A stretch of 64,000 nucleotides of DNA from positions 43,412 through 107,411 of the forward strand of contig CAKOLT010000001.1 of NCBI GenBank assembly GCA_934096315.1, given 5' to 3'. Within the stretch, counting starts at the first letter, position 1. Every line of letters starts with the position of its first letter. Positions 52,735 through 62,486 of this stretch are shown one piece after another. Below the pieces are notes generated by a model. The model was not told the origin of the DNA. It made no database searches and saw only the letters and a list, made by a program, of their open reading frames with translations. The translations under genes were made by a program, and so were the position numbers. This DNA comes from an uncultured Bacilli bacterium (GTDB lineage Bacteria; Bacillota_I; Bacilli_A; RF39; UBA660).

Positions 52735-54332
52735 CTATTATACACCATCCCTTCACCACTGCTAAATATTACGTCAGATTTCAGACTAAAGACTGGACGG
52801 ACCGCACCCTCGACGCTGACGTCGTCGTAGCTGCCGTTGATGGTGCCCTCCGGAATGACGCCCCACGCACCAAAAGGGTATGCAGTGCGGGGAGACTGTA
52901 ACCATTCCCATCCTTTTGGTGTTAACCAGTCTTTTTTATAACACTCATTATTATGATAATTAAGTGCTTCTTTTTGACATGTATTTCCTGCTGCGAATAC
53001 ATAATCTGATGGATACATTAGTCCTACATTTCCTTCCCAATATAATGGTCTGTTTTCATCATACCTTGTAGGTATGCTATCACTTCTTACTCCTGTCCTC
53101 TCCATTTTATATGTTGTGAATCCATTCTTATTGCCATTTCCCGGATGTGCTTCCGCTAAATAATATCTAGAGTCCCCGATCATACTTTTAACAGTACTAC
53201 TTAACTTATAATTAGTAAAGTCTACATCTCTTCCACTTTGGTTATCCCTATCATATACCTTCCCTATATTAGTAGTATCACTACACCAAATACCACTATT
53301 AAGCATTATCATAAGTGAGCTACCACTAGCAAGTGTATTACTATAGTTATTAGTTATATTATTTCTTGTCTCTGTTGGTGTTGCCCATATATTTGCTTTT
53401 GTTCCATCTGACTTCATATCCCATGCAAAGGTATTTACTGTACCATCAGTAAGAACAGTTGCCTTTATAACCTTTAACCTATTTGTCCCCTCTAACTCAT
53501 CATAAATACTACCTATTATCCTATATAAATGTTTATCTGGGCACGCAGTACTACCTTCAAAATCTAAACACACATAGTTATCAGGATTAGCCCCATAGTA
53601 TCTATAATCATCTACCGCAGGTATTACTCCCCCAGTTACACTATCAGTACTACTTATCTCATCATGATGTACTTTATATACTCCACTACCTGAGTCACCA
53701 TTACTTCCATCGTCTAAACTCTCGACAACATCAACTGCAGGAAATCTTCCCAAAGCAGAGTTAGTCCCCTCTACTGTTAGAGTAAAATCAAAACTCTGAT
53801 TCTGCATATTACTATCATTCTCATTATTACCATCTATCCATAGATATAGTATATATTTACTTAGAGTAGTAGTTAACTTCTTATTACTATCTGTACTATC
53901 ACTAGATAAAGTTACTAACTCTATTACATCACTACTACTCTTACCATTAAAAGTACCTTCACTTACTACAGTAGTATCCTTAACTAGTGTCCATTTAAAG
54001 TCTGATACTGCTAGATACTGACTTATTTCATTAATATTTAACTTAATATTAACTGTAGCTGGATCAGTTACATCATCTTTTAATTTAAGTTTAATACTCT
54101 TCTTTATAGCATCCACACTACTATAGCCTGAAGCTGGCACTAAATTAGCTCCCGTTATATCAGCTCCATCATCAAGCTGCAATATTGCCCCAGATACTGT
54201 AAAACTAATATTAGTATTCTGCATACTATTCCATATAAAATACCCAAAAGCAACACTAATTCCTGTAAGTACTGTAGCAATTAGTACTGATACTACTGCT
54301 AATTTTGGGGTTATCTTCTTATTTTCTTCCAT
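52731..54332 (-). CDS. Secreted paralog-family protein C (533 aa)
   Basis: Signal/anchor ..AVVSVLIATVLTGISVAFGYFIW. Central 200 aa ~95% identical to paralog A at protein and DNA level. N-terminal region (NTNISFTVSGAILQLDDG) resembles the SipW-type/TasA-camelysin mature N-terminus. Confidence 0.7.
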   Translation of the reverse strand: MEENKKITPKLAVVSVLIATVLTGISVAFGYFIWNSMQNTNISFTVSGAILQLDDGADITGANLVPASGYSSVDAIKKSIKLKLKDDVTDPATVNIKLNINEISQYLAVSDFKWTLVKDTTVVSEGTFNGKSSSDVIELVTLSSDSTDSNKKLTTTLSKYILYLWIDGNNENDSNMQNQSFDFTLTVEGTNSALGRFPAVDVVESLDDGSNGDSGSGVYKVHHDEISSTDSVTGGVIPAVDDYRYYGANPDNYVCLDFEGSTACPDKHLYRIIGSIYDELEGTNRLKVIKATVLTDGTVNTFAWDMKSDGTKANIWATPTETRNNITNNYSNTLASGSSLMIMLNSGIWCSDTTNIGKVYDRDNQSGRDVDFTNYKLSSTVKSMIGDSRYYLAEAHPGNGNKNGFTTYKMERTGVRSDSIPTRYDENRPLYWEGNVGLMYPSDYVFAAGNTCQKEALNYHNNECYKKDWLTPKGWEWLQSPRTAYPFGAWGVIPEGTINGSYDDVSVEGAVRPVFSLKSDVIFSSGEGMVYNR

Positions 54333-54355
54333 ACAATTCTTCCTCTCTTACACAC

Positions 54356-54408
54356 ATAAAAAGACTATGACAAACTAAAATACCCTTGTATTCTTACTGT
54401 CATAGTCT
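54356..54408 (-). promoter_or_regulatory. Conserved terminator-like leader hairpin upstream of the paralog C RBS (second copy)
   Basis: GACUAUGACAguaagaauacaaggguauuuuaguuUGUCAUAGUC then UUUUU, ~25 nt before GAGAGGAAG SD. Confidence 0.5.
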
Positions 54409-54444
54409 TCCATTTCTATTCTCATTATCTTACCAAACTTGGTA

Positions 54445-54515
54445 ATTATATTAATGGGCACATAAGGCTGTTTATGCGAACGTTCGCATAATGCACCCCC
54501 CAACAAATGTTCGCA
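54445..54515. repeat. Repeat module R3 with palindromic core site S2, in opposite orientation to S1
   Basis: taATGGGCACATAAGG ggctgtt TTATGCGAACGTTCGCATAA(54472-54491) atgcacc CCCCCC aacaaaTGTTCGCATTAT. The 34-bp core with arms is the exact reverse complement of the S1 core. Outer flanks are direct. Confidence 0.7.
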
Positions 54516-54625
54516 TTATAGATTTTTTTGGAGATTCTATATCCATTTTACCCATTATTTCTCTATTTATATTATATAAATTTAACATATAAAATCACCA
54601 AAAATCCTTTCTTATTCTTTTACTA

Positions 54626-55699
54626 TTAATATTCTTGTCTATCTTTTAAAAATGGTGGTATATCTATATCATTATCCATACTACTATCATACATATCTTC
54701 TCTTCTAGTAGATCCAAAACTATGATATAGTGGTTCTGAAGCTTCTTCAAAACCAGTAGCTATTACTGTAACTATTACTTCATCATTTAAATTCTCATTA
54801 ATAACTGCTCCGAAGATAGTATTAATATCTGTATTAGCAGCCGTTCTAATTATCTCTGCAGCTTCTTCTACCTCAAATAATGTTAATGATGTTCCTCCGG
54901 TTACATTTATTATAGCATCAGTAGCTCCATTTATTGAAGTTTCCAATAGTGGTGAAGAAACAGCTTGTTTAGCAGCCTCTGCTGCTCTACCTTCTCCAGA
55001 ACCAACCCCAATACCAATAAGGGCATTACCTCTATCTTTCATTACAGCCTTAACATCTGCAAAATCTAGGTTTACTAGTCCAGCTACTGCAATTAAATCT
55101 GAAATGGATTGTACACCACGATGTAATATATTATCTACTTCTCTAAAGGCCTCTAACATTGGTGTTGACTTATCTATTAATTCTCTTAATCTATCATTAG
55201 GTATTACTATTAAAGTATCTACATGTTTCTTTAACTCTTCTAATCCTTTAAGGGCATGTTCCATTCTCTTTTTACCCTCAAAACTAAATGGTTTAGTAAC
55301 TATACCTACCGTAAGAGCTCCTAACTCCTGGGCAATTTCAGCTACTATTGGAGAAGCTCCTGTACCAGTTCCTCCACCCATACCACAAGTAACAAAGACC
55401 ATATCAGCACCCTTAAGTACTTCTTCAATCTCTGCCTTACTTTCAAGTGCTGCCTCTCTTCCTATCTCTGGATTAGCTCCTGCTCCAAGACCATCTGTTA
55501 ATTCTGATCCTAGTTGAAGCTTAATCGGAGCTAAAGAATTATTTAATACTTGAAGATCTGTATTAGCCACAATGAAATCAACACCCTTAAGACCAGAGTC
55601 TATCATTCTATTAACGGCATTACAACCTCCCCCACCAATACCTATTACTTTTATTTTTGCTAATTGATCCATTTCCAACCCAAACATATTATTCATCAT
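54626..55699 (-). CDS. ftsZ: Cell division protein FtsZ
   Basis: [13 protein letters not shown], tubulin signature GGGTGTG. Confidence 0.95.
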   Translation of the reverse strand: MMNNMFGLEMDQLAKIKVIGIGGGGCNAVNRMIDSGLKGVDFIVANTDLQVLNNSLAPIKLQLGSELTDGLGAGANPEIGREAALESKAEIEEVLKGADMVFVTCGMGGGTGTGASPIVAEIAQELGALTVGIVTKPFSFEGKKRMEHALKGLEELKKHVDTLIVIPNDRLRELIDKSTPMLEAFREVDNILHRGVQSISDLIAVAGLVNLDFADVKAVMKDRGNALIGIGVGSGEGRAAEAAKQAVSSPLLETSINGATDAIINVTGGTSLTLFEVEEAAEIIRTAANTDINTIFGAVINENLNDEVIVTVIATGFEEASEPLYHSFGSTRREDMYDSSMDNDIDIPPFLKDRQEY

Positions 55700-56958
55700 T
55701 TCTCCTCCTTACCTTTAAAAAAGTTATCAAATAGTTTAGTAATTTGTTTTGTACTACCAGAAGTATCATTAGTTATCTTACTTTTTCTTTTAGGGTTTAC
55801 CAACCTATCTTCATCTTCTTCTGTTATCATTGAATAATTTTTCCCCCTAGATTCCATTTTATTTATATAATATTTTATCATACCAAGTGCGGTAATATAT
55901 TTATTATCACGAACTCCTAAGGTGCTTTCTGTATATATTATAACATCTTTCCCCATATTTTCAAATACTAAATTTTTAAAAGATTTAATTTCTGTAACTC
56001 CCCCGGTTATTATTATATAATTAACTGGGTGTTTTGTTAATATCATTATTTGTTTTTTTGCATATTCTAATATTTGATTTAACCTACTCATAACTACTTC
56101 GGTAACTTCTAATTGATTAAGTTTAATTATTTCTCCATAGTTATTTTTTATCTCAAATAATTCTCCTACCCCAATAAATCTTTTATGAGCAGATGCAAAC
56201 TTTTCTTTAATAACTCTACCATCAAACATATTTATTCCAAATATATATGATAAATCTTTATCTACATTAACTCCCCCTATTTGAATAGTTTCTGTATTCA
56301 TTATTTTACCACGATTAAATATAGATACATTAACAGTCTCATGCCCTATATTAACTATAGCCCCAACTTTTTTATCAGTAATATTATTTCTAACCTCATA
56401 ATAGTCTGCAATACCTGATAAAGTAATATCTACTACTTCTAATCCAGCATTTTCTACAGTACTAATTACTGAATATATATTCTTTTTAGGAACACTTACC
56501 ATAATACCATTAATATCTAATTTATCAGTAGCAAGTCCAATAATATTATCTTCCTTCTTTTCTCCATTAACTATATATTCTAAAGGTATAACTGTAACTA
56601 ATTCATAATCAGACTCTAACTTATTATACACACTATCTTTAATTACCTTACTAATATCTTCACTAGTTATATTATCAGTAATTCTAACAGAGCCAGTTAC
56701 ATATGTAAACTTTGCATTATAATCAGGAACACCTACTATTACTTTTTTTACATTAAAACCCAATTTTTCATTAATTATCTTAATTCCATCTTTAATAGCA
56801 TTAACAGCTAAATTAGAATCTACTATTAAAGCCTTTCTAATTCCTTTTGCTTTTATACTATGTGATGCTAAAACATAAATATTATTATTTAAATATTCTG
56901 CCGTAACAAACTTAATAGAATCAGATCCAATATCAATACATGTATATATTTTCTTCAT
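55696..56958 (-). CDS. ftsA: Cell division protein FtsA
   Basis: Actin-like ATPase fold ([11 protein letters not shown] ... [10 protein letters not shown]). Confidence 0.9.
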   Translation of the reverse strand: MKKIYTCIDIGSDSIKFVTAEYLNNNIYVLASHSIKAKGIRKALIVDSNLAVNAIKDGIKIINEKLGFNVKKVIVGVPDYNAKFTYVTGSVRITDNITSEDISKVIKDSVYNKLESDYELVTVIPLEYIVNGEKKEDNIIGLATDKLDINGIMVSVPKKNIYSVISTVENAGLEVVDITLSGIADYYEVRNNITDKKVGAIVNIGHETVNVSIFNRGKIMNTETIQIGGVNVDKDLSYIFGINMFDGRVIKEKFASAHKRFIGVGELFEIKNNYGEIIKLNQLEVTEVVMSRLNQILEYAKKQIMILTKHPVNYIIITGGVTEIKSFKNLVFENMGKDVIIYTESTLGVRDNKYITALGMIKYYINKMESRGKNYSMITEEDEDRLVNPKRKSKITNDTSGSTKQITKLFDNFFKGKEEK

Positions 56959-57110
56959 AGCATCGACTCTCCCTAAAATGATACAAATTAATTATACAAT
57001 AAATCCATATTATTTGCAACAAATTATTACATTTTTTTTATTAAAATAAAAGAAAAGACACAAAACCTTGTATCTTTGTCTATCATTCATTTACTTTAAA
57101 TGACACTATA

Positions 57111-58508
57111 TTATATGTTTTTTTTCTTCTTTTTATTACTATCTTTCTTTATTATATCTTCTACTAAAGCATCACCCTCTTCTTCCTCTTTAATTATATT
57201 TCTTGGATCCTTTTGTTTAGAAGAAACCACCTTTTTACTCTTCTTCTTTTTAGAAATATTATTCATAACTATACTTAAAATAATAACAAGTAATATTGCA
57301 GAAAAGAAAGCAGATATAATTATAAGATAATCTTTATATTTACTAGCTTCATCTTTATATAATGCTGATATTTCATCATTATATCTCTGGACAGTCTTCT
57401 CTTTACTATCATACATATATAAACCTTTAACCCCATCAGACACATTCATAGCATAAAATATATAATAATCACTATCACTATTTAATCTATAAGCATCTAT
57501 CTTATCATCATTATACTTAAAACTACTCTTTATATAATTTTTAGGTATCTTATTCTTATCATCTATTATATATAAAATAACATTCCCAAAATTATATTCA
57601 TTATATAATGTATATTTATTATCTTTATATATATAATAATTAATCTTACCCTTAGAATCCTTTAAGGCTACTAGAGTATAATTAATTTTTTTATTAGTAT
57701 ATGCTAAAACATCCTCATTATCTATCTTAACAGTAGTCTTCTCATAATATTCACAAGGAGGATCTATCTGTCCTTCTTTTCTAACTATAGTATATTCTTT
57801 ACCCCCGACCTTAACATTTATAGGTTTTAACTCTTTAACTGTAACATTAATAACATAAGTTCTTTTATTACCATTCTCTGCCGTAACAACTACTTCTATT
57901 TTATTAGCACCCTCAGATACATTAACATCTCCTACTCCACTAACCGTAGCAGTATTATCTTCTGCTACTGCACTTATTTTAACAGTACTAACATCATTTT
58001 CAACCTCTATATTATACTCTAAAGTATCTTTATTAAATTCTATACTAGAATTCTCTATAGATAAACTCTTTAAATAATTATTAGAAGAATATGTCTTTGG
58101 AGTTACTTTAGCAGGGGCATTAACTGTTACACTAACACTACCATTACCTAAACCTATCCAGTCTCCTGAAGACATATTAGTCATCCTAACACCACTTGTT
58201 GTGCAAGTTACCGTACCAGTAGAACTAGGTTTAATAGAAAGACTATAACTTTTTTGATATACACTATTACTAGAATCATCAAATCTTAAATCAAGACCAC
58301 TAGAAACACCAGCACCACTACAAGATAAACTTCCTTCTATACTTACTATTGGACTATCTGAAGATACTGTCACATATATACTAGTTCCAGAACCCTTAGT
58401 AATAGCCTTACTAGCAGAACTAACACTTACCCCATTAGCATATACACTAGGATTTAATATTACAAAACCCAAAAATATAAATAATAATTTATATAACTTT
58501 TTATTCAT
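57111..58508 (-). CDS. Cell-surface protein: signal peptide, cadherin-like beta-sandwich domain, C-terminal TM anchor and K-rich tail
   Basis: NYLKSLSIENSSIEFNKDTLEYNIEV..TVKISAVAEDNTATVSG matches the Clostridial cadherin-like domain pattern. Hydrophobic segment then charged C-terminus. Confidence 0.5.
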   Translation of the reverse strand: MNKKLYKLLFIFLGFVILNPSVYANGVSVSSASKAITKGSGTSIYVTVSSDSPIVSIEGSLSCSGAGVSSGLDLRFDDSSNSVYQKSYSLSIKPSSTGTVTCTTSGVRMTNMSSGDWIGLGNGSVSVTVNAPAKVTPKTYSSNNYLKSLSIENSSIEFNKDTLEYNIEVENDVSTVKISAVAEDNTATVSGVGDVNVSEGANKIEVVVTAENGNKRTYVINVTVKELKPINVKVGGKEYTIVRKEGQIDPPCEYYEKTTVKIDNEDVLAYTNKKINYTLVALKDSKGKINYYIYKDNKYTLYNEYNFGNVILYIIDDKNKIPKNYIKSSFKYNDDKIDAYRLNSDSDYYIFYAMNVSDGVKGLYMYDSKEKTVQRYNDEISALYKDEASKYKDYLIIISAFFSAILLVIILSIVMNNISKKKKSKKVVSSKQKDPRNIIKEEEEGDALVEDIIKKDSNKKKKKNI

Positions 58509-58519
58509 TTTTTTACCTC

Positions 58520-60826
58520 CTAAAATTGATTTATCGTAGAATATCCATAATACTGTCTTAATATTGCTAAATAATCAAGTTTATTTACTTCCCCATCTCT
58601 ATTAGCATCCGCTGCCTTCTTATAAACACCACTATAAGTTGTATATCCATAGAACATTCTAAGTACCGCCAAATAATCTAATTTATCAATAACACCATCC
58701 CCATTAACATCACCATAAATAACTACTTCATACTTCTTACTATTTATTCCATTAGCTACATATATAATATCTCCAGTTTTTAATATACCATCATTCTTTA
58801 ATTTACCATCTCTATCATATACATTAACATAAGCAAGCGATGACACATTCTTAATATTATTTATTAAACTAGAAGCAGACGTACTAGGACCAATTCCATA
58901 TATTTCATTATCATTATATTTAACCCCACTATTATTCATAATAGTAGCAATACTAGGTCTATCCACTGTCCCCTCATACTTTATATTGATGTTATAACTC
59001 CTAACTCTTCCATTAGTAGCATTTACACTAACAGTAAGTTTATTTACATCACTATTTAAAGATATATCTCCAGTACCACTTATTTTAGAACTACTAACCA
59101 AAGAAGTAGCATCTAACCTTACACTATTTGTATTAACAGGAAGTACTATATCATATTCTTGCACATCATAAGCAAAACCACTAATAACATTACCGTTTAT
59201 CTTTAATTCTTTTAAATAATTATTAGGATTTCCCAGTTTAGGAGACGTAACAGCATAAGCTGGCATATTATCATATACAGGTATAATAAATGAAATATCA
59301 CTATTTAAATATGATGGCAAATACTTAGCATAAGTTGAAAATGCTGTATTAGTCTCTCCAATTGGAGCCTGAAGATTAGCCATATATTGATGAGTATAAT
59401 CACCATCACTAGAAGACACATCAAACCTCTCATAATATAATGTATCTTGATTAGCATCAACATATGCCTTAAGAAACTCTATACCCCCTCTAATAGCTTT
59501 AGAAGGCGTATCCCAACCATGATTTATTGCATAACTCATACCATTAAGTATTTTATTATTACCAGTTACCGCAATATTATAAAAATTATACCATCCCGAA
59601 TAAGAAGTACCATTAAGTGTAAAAGACGCCCCTAAACGAGGATCACTTGTTTTAACACCTCTCATTTCCTGATATATCCTACTAGCTATATGTACAGAAT
59701 CTATTCCTAAAGAAGAACTTACATTAACTATATCATCATAAACACTTGAAGAATAATTACCATACACACTCTGCCATACACCCATTGGACTTAATATAGC
59801 ATGAATTAATTCCTTATTATGCTCATTACTCCCCCTTAAATTCTTAAAAGCAAAAATATATTTCTCATTCAAATAATTACGAGGATCCATATAAAACGCT
59901 ATAGCCTCTGTAGAAGCATTATACCAACCAGCTTCATTACTAGCCTCAAAATATGTATTAGTAAATGGATTATAATGACCATAATTAGTAGACAAATAAT
60001 TCTCATCAAAAGCATTCTTTGGAAGAAGACTTCTTTCAGAATATGACTCTTGTGCTACAGCCTCTCCAAAATCTATATTTATCTTCTCAGCTTCAAATGA
60101 CCAGTTAGGATGCCTAGCATGAATTTCCGCTAAATATGGTAAATAACTCTCTGGAAAATTCTTTGCCCTTAATGTATTATAATAATTCTCAAGCCCCCCA
60201 TTATTAGCATAATAATTATTAGCAGTACTTGATAACTTATTAGTACTTACATAATAACCACAAAGCCATCCCGAAGCTCCATCTTTATTAGTAAGATTAT
60301 ACCAATACCTACAAGAGGATGACGTATATTCTTTTACCTCATTTATTTTAACAACATCTCCACACTTAGCATGCACACCAGTAGTAGCTCCTCCACCCGG
60401 ATTCTGATAATATATCCAATCTGCTGTATCCTCATAACAAGCAACAGTCCCATCACCATCAACATAACTATCATAATCAGATTTAACATAAACATTATCA
60501 CTACTAGTATTCCTTAAGCCATTAATAGATATAAATTCTCCGCAAGAATACCCTGTATAACTATTACCATTCTTATTAACTCTAACCTTCATCCATACAC
60601 TACATGAAGAATTACTACCAGCATTAGTATTTAATATTGTAACATTATCTCCATATGATAAAGAAGTTAAAATATTATTATCACTTGAAGTATCAATACT
60701 TGTCCTAACCCTAAGGGGCTTTGTACAATTAACCGTGCCAGTAATATCAGCATAAACAAAAGTACTATATATAAACATAAACATTATTATAAGTAATATT
60801 TTAGATAAACATTTCATAACCGTCAC
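58520..60826 (-). CDS. Secreted peptidoglycan hydrolase-like protein with two SH3b-like domains, cadherin-like domain and C-terminal type-I dockerin
   Basis: Dockerin duplicated segments GDVNGDGVIDKLDYLAVLRMFYGY and ANRDGEVNKLDYLAILRQYYGY. Glucosaminidase-like central region. Signal peptide. Confidence 0.55.
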   Translation of the reverse strand: MTVMKCLSKILLIIMFMFIYSTFVYADITGTVNCTKPLRVRTSIDTSSDNNILTSLSYGDNVTILNTNAGSNSSCSVWMKVRVNKNGNSYTGYSCGEFISINGLRNTSSDNVYVKSDYDSYVDGDGTVACYEDTADWIYYQNPGGGATTGVHAKCGDVVKINEVKEYTSSSCRYWYNLTNKDGASGWLCGYYVSTNKLSSTANNYYANNGGLENYYNTLRAKNFPESYLPYLAEIHARHPNWSFEAEKINIDFGEAVAQESYSERSLLPKNAFDENYLSTNYGHYNPFTNTYFEASNEAGWYNASTEAIAFYMDPRNYLNEKYIFAFKNLRGSNEHNKELIHAILSPMGVWQSVYGNYSSSVYDDIVNVSSSLGIDSVHIASRIYQEMRGVKTSDPRLGASFTLNGTSYSGWYNFYNIAVTGNNKILNGMSYAINHGWDTPSKAIRGGIEFLKAYVDANQDTLYYERFDVSSSDGDYTHQYMANLQAPIGETNTAFSTYAKYLPSYLNSDISFIIPVYDNMPAYAVTSPKLGNPNNYLKELKINGNVISGFAYDVQEYDIVLPVNTNSVRLDATSLVSSSKISGTGDISLNSDVNKLTVSVNATNGRVRSYNINIKYEGTVDRPSIATIMNNSGVKYNDNEIYGIGPSTSASSLINNIKNVSSLAYVNVYDRDGKLKNDGILKTGDIIYVANGINSKKYEVVIYGDVNGDGVIDKLDYLAVLRMFYGYTTYSGVYKKAADANRDGEVNKLDYLAILRQYYGYSTINQF

Positions 60827-60892
60827 ATCCTACAGTTATAATTATAACAAAAAGTGACAATAATTGCAATTAAAAAATGAAAAAAATAATAA

Positions 60893-60925
60893 TAAAAAGA
60901 CTATACCACATACATGGTATAGATC
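60893..60925 (-). terminator. Conserved hairpin terminator after Rpn gene 1 (copies at 62027-62058, 62447-62480, 63590-63625)
   Basis: CTATACCAtgtatgTGGTATAG followed by T-run. The same module follows each gene of the array. Confidence 0.6.
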
Positions 60926-60934
60926 TTTATAAAA

Positions 60935-61864
60935 TTAGAATAAATTTGACTTGATAGCATTTATTTCTGATAGGCTTAGTTTAGTTACTTCTGATATATC
61001 TTTCTCTGGGTATCCTTTTTTGAGTAAGTTTTTTGTTATTTCTACTTTTTCAGTTTTCTTTCCACGTTTTTCACCACGTTTTTCACCACGTTTTTCACCA
61101 CGTTTTTCACCAATCTCAATACATTCAGAACGCGTAGTTGCTAGTTCCATCTCACGTTCTTCCTCTGCAGATATACAGGCTAAATACGCCTCATCATTAT
61201 TTTTGTCCTTCATTATTTTTAAAAGTCTATCAATATTCACTTTTTTTATTCCTCCCTTCTTTAACAATTTTCTTATTTCATTCAAATTAGTACAAGCAAA
61301 CATAGCTCCGATAAAAATCCTTTTATCAATACTATAACTGCCATCATCACTGATATAATTATATACCTTTTTCTTACATTTTGCAACATCTAAATTCAAT
61401 GTTGAAAAATTTTTAAGCAAATCTTCTTGTGTTAATGTGTTTTTCTTAACATAGAAGGCTATGGCATTCTTGATATTCGATCTACCATTTATATTAACTT
61501 GATATAAATGGTAGTTTTTCATATCAGTGTAATTAACACAGTGATTAGAGATATAGTAAAAAATAGCGTACAGATATTTTTCATTCCTATATCTCTTATA
61601 ATCTGTGTAGCCATCTTTATTGACTTCACAGTTTATATACACCGTGTCATTTACTTTTAGTATGATATCGCATATCGATTTATCATCGCCTAAGTTTTGC
61701 TTTATGAGTTCTGAATTTAAAACTTCGACTTTATCTTCATAATTAAAATCTAGTCCTAAAAGAGAACACAAAAGATTAGCTAAAATCTTAGGCTCCTCTA
61801 AAAAGATATGCTTAAAAGAATTATCATATAGTAAACTCTTAATTTCCACATCTTGCTCCGTCAT
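60935..61864 (-). CDS. Rpn-family (YhgA-like) recombination-promoting PD-(D/E)XK nuclease with C-terminal DUF4351 domain
   Basis: N-terminus MTEQDVEIKSLLYDNSFKHIFLEEPKILANLLCSLLGLD after AGAAGGAGGTGA SD. C-terminus EKRGEKRGEKRGEKRGKK..ITKNLLKKGYPEKDISEVTKLSLSEINAIKSNLF. Confidence 0.65.
   Translation of the reverse strand: MTEQDVEIKSLLYDNSFKHIFLEEPKILANLLCSLLGLDFNYEDKVEVLNSELIKQNLGDDKSICDIILKVNDTVYINCEVNKDGYTDYKRYRNEKYLYAIFYYISNHCVNYTDMKNYHLYQVNINGRSNIKNAIAFYVKKNTLTQEDLLKNFSTLNLDVAKCKKKVYNYISDDGSYSIDKRIFIGAMFACTNLNEIRKLLKKGGIKKVNIDRLLKIMKDKNNDEAYLACISAEEEREMELATTRSECIEIGEKRGEKRGEKRGEKRGKKTEKVEITKNLLKKGYPEKDISEVTKLSLSEINAIKSNLF
61063..61113 (-). repeat. In-frame 12-bp tandem repeat (x4, encodes EKRG) inside Rpn gene 1
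   Basis: ccacgtttttca repeated four times on the plus strand. Paralog 2 has a different repeat count and composition. Confidence 0.7.
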
Positions 61865-62030
61865 GTTACTCACCTCCTTCTGAGAATAACTACCCTCACT
61901 ATAATATCTCCAAAGTGAGGTCAAAAATTCCCCCCTGTGTCTGAATTATTACCATAGATTATGCAATTATTACCAAAAATAGTGTAAAGTAAGTGTAAAG
62001 TAAGGTATTTTTGACAAAAAAAGACTATAC
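61865..62030 (-). promoter_or_regulatory. Conserved ~165-bp promoter/leader shared by the Rpn paralogs (second copy 63429-63595)
   Basis: Sense strand TTGACC-15-TATAGT. The -10 region is embedded in the inverted repeat CCTCACT-N13-AGTGAGG. The two copies are >90% identical. Confidence 0.45.
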
Positions 62031-62058
62031 CACCTACTTGGTATAGTTCTTTATAAAA

Positions 62059-62355
62059 TTAGAATAAATTTAACTTAATAGCATTTATTTCTGATAGGCT
62101 TAGTTTAGTTACTTCTGATATATCTTTCTCTGGATATCCTCTCTTGAGTAAGTTTTTAGCAACCATAACTTTTACTTTTTTTCTGCCAAGAGCTTCTCCA
62201 ATAGCAATACCACGTTTCTCACCTTTGTACAAAGCCTCAGACTTTGTAAATGCTAGTTCCATCTCACGTTCTTCTTTAGCTAATCTAATACCAAAACATA
62301 GATCCTCATACTTTTTTTGTTTCTCAAGGGCTTTTAAGATTTTATCTGCATTCAT
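62059..62355 (-). CDS. Free-standing DUF4351-only small protein (Rpn C-terminal domain homolog, RpnS-like)
   Basis: MNADKILKALEK..EEREMELAFTKSEALYKGEKRGIAIGEALGRKKVKVMVAKNLLKRGYPEKDISEVTKLSLSEINAIKLNLF. Own SD GGGAGG. Lacks the nuclease domain. Confidence 0.55.
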   Translation of the reverse strand: MNADKILKALEKQKKYEDLCFGIRLAKEEREMELAFTKSEALYKGEKRGIAIGEALGRKKVKVMVAKNLLKRGYPEKDISEVTKLSLSEINAIKLNLF

Positions 62356-62486
62356 TTTTTTTCCTCCCATTTACTATTTATGATACAATTATATACCATT
62401 ATTCTGTGTTTTACAACAAAAATATTAAAAATGCTATAAATTACAAAAGTACTATACCACCAGATGAGTGGTATAGTACTTAATTA

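Noticed and set aside
61063-61113. Possible CRISPR array
   Set aside because: The only short tandem repeats in the window are four 12-bp in-frame units inside a coding sequence, with no spacers and no cas genes. No CRISPR present.
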